NCBI GenBank assembly: GCA_964344485.1
Contig: CAYFNF010000003.1
Location: forward strand, 148,467 to 212,466
DNA from: an uncultured Gammaproteobacteria bacterium
Lineage (GTDB): Bacteria > Patescibacteriota > Patescibacteriia > UBA9570 > XYC2-FULL-38-9
Length of the DNA: 64,000 bases
Direction: 5' to 3'
Below the pieces are notes generated by a model that did not search any database, was not told the DNA's origin, and was given only the letters and a program-made list of their open reading frames with translations. The translations under genes were made by a program, and so were the position numbers. Below, one piece after another: positions 60,913-64,000 of the stretch. Position 1 is the stretch's first letter; every line of letters starts with the position of its first letter.

Positions 60913-62151
60913 TTACTCTAATTCAATCTTAATTAAGCTGCCAGTGGTGGAGTCTTTAAAATAGAGCGTCTCTTCATCGTCGGACACGACCATATAATCG
61001 ACCGAATATGACGCTGTTCCATTTTCATCCACTGGAGTTGCTAGCTTAGTTTTAATTCCGGTGCTCAAATTAATCTTATAGATATCGTCCGCAACATCAT
61101 TCAGTAGTCGCGGTTCTAAACCGTATGCATCTACATCTTCTGCTGGGATGCCACAGTACGCGGTACCGCCATCACTACTGATCGTACATTTATCAGCAAA
61201 CGTATTAACGTTCAACTCTTTTCTATTTTTACCGATATCATCGCCATCCGAGTCCACAATCCATAGCGACGGTTTATAACCTGTACTACTGGAGTAGACG
61301 CTATAGAGTGCTTGCTTTCCGTCGGGTGTGTATTGATATTGCAGGCCCTTACCTTCAACAATGGTTCCTTTAAAGTTCTCTCCTTTTAATCCGATAAAAC
61401 CAAGTTCTTGCCTATTAAAATCAATAAACTCTGCCCAAGTAGCAGCGACTTTCCCAGTCGGAGACCACTCGACATTCACGCGATGTGCATTATTTCCAAG
61501 TGACTCTAACGTCCGTGCTGATGAGCCGTCAGGGCTGGACACTGCAAGTACTCGACGTTCTGGATCGATATGCATGTACTTGAATGCAATCTGATTTGAT
61601 GTCGGAGAGAAATCAAACTCTTCGTACTCCTTCGGTAGAGTGACTTGTGTATTTGAGTCCAGATCATAGTAGACATTAGTACCATCGGGAAATTCTAAGA
61701 TAGTTTCATTTGTTGTGTCTGCCCATGTGACTGTATCTACTGAGCTAAATCGGGCATCACTCAATGCGGTAACCTCACCGTCTGCATTTACTTTATAGAA
61801 CTTTCCGTCTTCTGCGTCATAGTAGCGCAGCGTACCATCTTTTGCTACTGACGGATCCTGTGCGTCTGTATCCGGAGTAAGAATGTCGGTTGCGGTATTT
61901 CCGCCTAACGCAACAGCGTCCACACCTGGAACAGTGGTGGTGGTATTGATGTTTGGCTCTGCGTTGTTTACATTCTCAAGTAACTCATTCACATTCGGGA
62001 GGCCGATATTAGCGTTGTTCACATTTTCATTGGTAACATCAGGCGGCGGTTGTCTAAAAAACACAATATACAGTAAATATGCAAGAGCGATCACTGTGAC
62101 CACAAAAAGTATGATCAACAGCGTTCTTTTTAATTTAGGGTTTAGTGCCAT
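60913..62151 (-). CDS. membrane-anchored PD40/TolB-like beta-propeller protein
   Basis: N-terminal TM; repeated [SYW](S/T)PDG/T..(I/A)... blades (FSPTSNQIAF, WSPTGKVAAT, YTPDGKQALY, SSDGGTAY). Confidence 0.5.
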   Translation of the reverse strand: MALNPKLKRTLLIILFVVTVIALAYLLYIVFFRQPPPDVTNENVNNANIGLPNVNELLENVNNAEPNINTTTTVPGVDAVALGGNTATDILTPDTDAQDPSVAKDGTLRYYDAEDGKFYKVNADGEVTALSDARFSSVDTVTWADTTNETILEFPDGTNVYYDLDSNTQVTLPKEYEEFDFSPTSNQIAFKYMHIDPERRVLAVSSPDGSSARTLESLGNNAHRVNVEWSPTGKVAATWAEFIDFNRQELGFIGLKGENFKGTIVEGKGLQYQYTPDGKQALYSVYSSSTGYKPSLWIVDSDGDDIGKNRKELNVNTFADKCTISSDGGTAYCGIPAEDVDAYGLEPRLLNDVADDIYKINLSTGIKTKLATPVDENGTASYSVDYMVVSDDEETLYFKDSTTGSLIKIELE

Positions 62152-62171
62152 ATAAATACTATCTTAATAAT

Positions 62172-63317
62172 TTATACACATTTATGTTGCGAGCCGTCCC
62201 AGGTAGTACCAGGCGTACAGTCGTCACATTTATCGTCCGTACATCCTCTTCCAGGTCCTTGACACTGATAATCTGCAGTACATTCATCTCCTGGACTGCC
62301 GTCGAAACACTCATTCGCCCACTCAAATGAACAGTACATGAGCGGACTATCTCCTCCGTAACAATCTGTGTCCCCGTCGCACGAATCTCCTTCTGCTTTT
62401 GGAGTACAGGAACTGCTCACACACTTAAATCCAGAAATACAATCACTTGAGTTTACGCACGGAAGACTATCTGACCCATCACCAGTAATACAGAAATTCT
62501 CTACTGTATTACATATTCCTGACTTACAGACACTATCTGATGTACAATACGCACCTTCAGAACGATTATTCTGAGTCAAGCACTTCTTTGACGGGTCTCC
62601 TTCACAGACAAACCCGGTTTCACAGTCTGCTTCGCTCGCACAGAGCGTTCCAGAGGTAGCAGTCGTACAAACCCCAGGTGCAGACGGACTCCCGCCAGCA
62701 CACGTCATGGGTTCTATACAATTTTCATCGCGTTGACATGCTGCGCCTTCACCGTTCGTATTTGTTCCGGTTGGACGACAGACCGTTAACCCCTCACCTA
62801 CATTCACACACTCACAGCCTCCCACACAGTAACTCACGCTCGTACACGCTGATTCTGCTCCACCTGGACATTCGGTCCAGTCAGAGGTAGTACCGTCACC
62901 CGAAGCCGTAAATTCAATCCCTGTTGGACAGATATTACCGAAAATCACCATTCCATCACTAATAATGCTCATTATGGTATAAGACAGCAAAGCGAGCACC
63001 AGCCCGAGCAGTGCATTAGTAATACGTGACTTAGCTTCGTTTACTTTCTCTGAATTACCTGCAGCAAGTGCCCACTGTGCTCCACCGAACATAATCATAC
63101 CCACTGCAACAACAGCAATTGCTTGAATTAAAAACGTATACACTGCGGTAATGTACTCACCTAAGCTAATTACTTGTTCGAGAGTGCCAACTTGCACTTC
63201 TAACTTAATTGGACTGGTAATACAATCCTCTGCAAACGCAGGGAAAGCAGCGATAAACAGCCCAGTCATGACTGCGGCGAGTAATGGTATTCTTTTGTAG
63301 AGATAATGTTGTTTCAT
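62172..63317 (-). CDS. membrane protein: paralogous VirB2/TrbC-like N-module fused to large Cys-rich extracellular domain (about 40 Cys)
   Basis: N-module about 55% identical to that of 59095..60081 (VVAVGMIMFGGAQWALAAGNSEKVNEAKSRITNALLGLVLALLSYTI); C-terminal G.C/C..C repeats. Confidence 0.55.
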   Translation of the reverse strand: MKQHYLYKRIPLLAAVMTGLFIAAFPAFAEDCITSPIKLEVQVGTLEQVISLGEYITAVYTFLIQAIAVVAVGMIMFGGAQWALAAGNSEKVNEAKSRITNALLGLVLALLSYTIMSIISDGMVIFGNICPTGIEFTASGDGTTSDWTECPGGAESACTSVSYCVGGCECVNVGEGLTVCRPTGTNTNGEGAACQRDENCIEPMTCAGGSPSAPGVCTTATSGTLCASEADCETGFVCEGDPSKKCLTQNNRSEGAYCTSDSVCKSGICNTVENFCITGDGSDSLPCVNSSDCISGFKCVSSSCTPKAEGDSCDGDTDCYGGDSPLMYCSFEWANECFDGSPGDECTADYQCQGPGRGCTDDKCDDCTPGTTWDGSQHKCV

Positions 63318-63322
63318 ATGTT

Positions 63323-64000
63323 TTAAAAAATTGCACTAGCTATTTCATCAACTAAGGAGGTGACCCCTAGTTCTTGTAACGCAGACATGGCTTCTTGTAG
63401 ACGTCCCCAATTCCATGGGGTCATCAGAGCAACAGCTGCGCTAACAATGACTAGAGCGAAAATATATTGAGCAGCCATGGAGATGAATATCAGGAACTCT
63501 GTAAATAATAGTAGAACGAACAGAGCTTTTTGCGCCATGTCCGGCTCTTCAAACATCTTTGTAGATTTTAGGAACTGAGAGATAAAGCCCAGTACTGGGA
63601 TCTCTGGTAGTAGATAGTATCCGAAAAAATGTAGATGAATGTAAATTAGTGTTGATGGATCACAGCAACAGAGATCTTCGGGTAGAGCAATAAACATCTC
63701 CCATAACCACATGCGACTTCCTGGCTTTGCCATACTCGATGCATCTGCAGCAGCTCCAGCTGCATCTGCAGCGCCTCCAGCTGCATCTGCTGCACCGCCA
63801 GCGCCTTTTGCTCCTTGCTTGTCTTTTCCGAGTTGAGATGCTGCTCCAGCGCCTGCTGCAAGTCCAGCTCCAGCAACAGCGCCTGCTCCGGCTCCTACTG
63901 GTCCAGCAGCGGCTCCAGCGCCTGCTCCGGCTGCGGCAGCTCCACCAGCTCCAGCAGCGGCTCCTGCTCCAGCGCCTGCTCCGGCTGCGCCTGCACCCGC
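63323..64000 (-). CDS. membrane protein with Gly/Ala-rich low-complexity N-terminal region (partial, continues past window end)
   Basis: Reading frame stays open upstream of annotated MAKPG through GCNGCNGGN repeats to the window edge; C-terminal part has 3 TM helices. Confidence 0.4.
   Translation of the reverse strand, partial: AGAGAAGAGAGAGAAAGAGGAAAAGAGAGAAAGPVGAGAGAVAGAGLAAGAGAASQLGKDKQGAKGAGGAADAAGGAADAAGAAADASSMAKPGSRMWLWEMFIALPEDLCCCDPSTLIYIHLHFFGYYLLPEIPVLGFISQFLKSTKMFEEPDMAQKALFVLLLFTEFLIFISMAAQYIFALVIVSAAVALMTPWNWGRLQEAMSALQELGVTSLVDEIASAIF

Overview
This window reads as a low/mid-GC bacterial chromosome segment, about 45-48% GC in genes with AT-rich spacers. The combination of giant cell-surface proteins, purine salvage enzymes and few biosynthesis genes would fit a small-genome, possibly CPR/Patescibacteria-like organism, but that is inference only. 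Housekeeping core: dnaG-rpoD operon, rpsF-ssb-rpsR operon, efp, pyk + ppsA, clpC-like ATPase, comF, recG, cysK, lemA-htpX, an ABC-2 exporter pair, guanine deaminase, a Gpt-like PRTase and an HD hydrolase. I count 6 canonical tRNA genes: Asn, Ser-GGA, Arg-GCG?, Ser-GCT, Ser-TGA, plus one aberrant tRNA-like element at the head of the Ser cluster. No CRISPR array, rRNA or recognisable transposase is seen. Most unusual: (1) a 14.5-kb same-strand cluster of three giant genes, comprising a 1789-aa beta-helix/TSP3 surface protein, an 1849-aa protein fusing an M48 metalloprotease domain to a C-terminal ABC1/UbiB-type kinase domain, and a 1179-aa coiled-coil/HEAT protein. (2) A 5-gene same-strand cluster (59.1-64.0 kb) in which two paralogs share a VirB2/TrbC-like signal + two-helix membrane module, fused to an M15 peptidoglycan peptidase or a Cys-rich ectodomain, with a DsbA-like oxidoreductase and a PD40 beta-propeller protein. 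(3) Six CDSs with 60-70% GC whose high GC stops exactly at the CDS boundaries and which sit behind native-looking AT-rich promoters and RBSs: a Gpt-like PRTase, a GCS2-like amidoligase, a 97-aa Gly/Asp-rich protein, two small membrane proteins and one unknown. (4) An RpoD with a histone-H1-like Lys/Ala tandem-repeat N-terminus. Coordinates for RNA and regulatory elements were derived by hand and may be off by a few nt; CDS coordinates follow the supplied ORF track with start codons re-chosen where homology or RNA overlap demanded.
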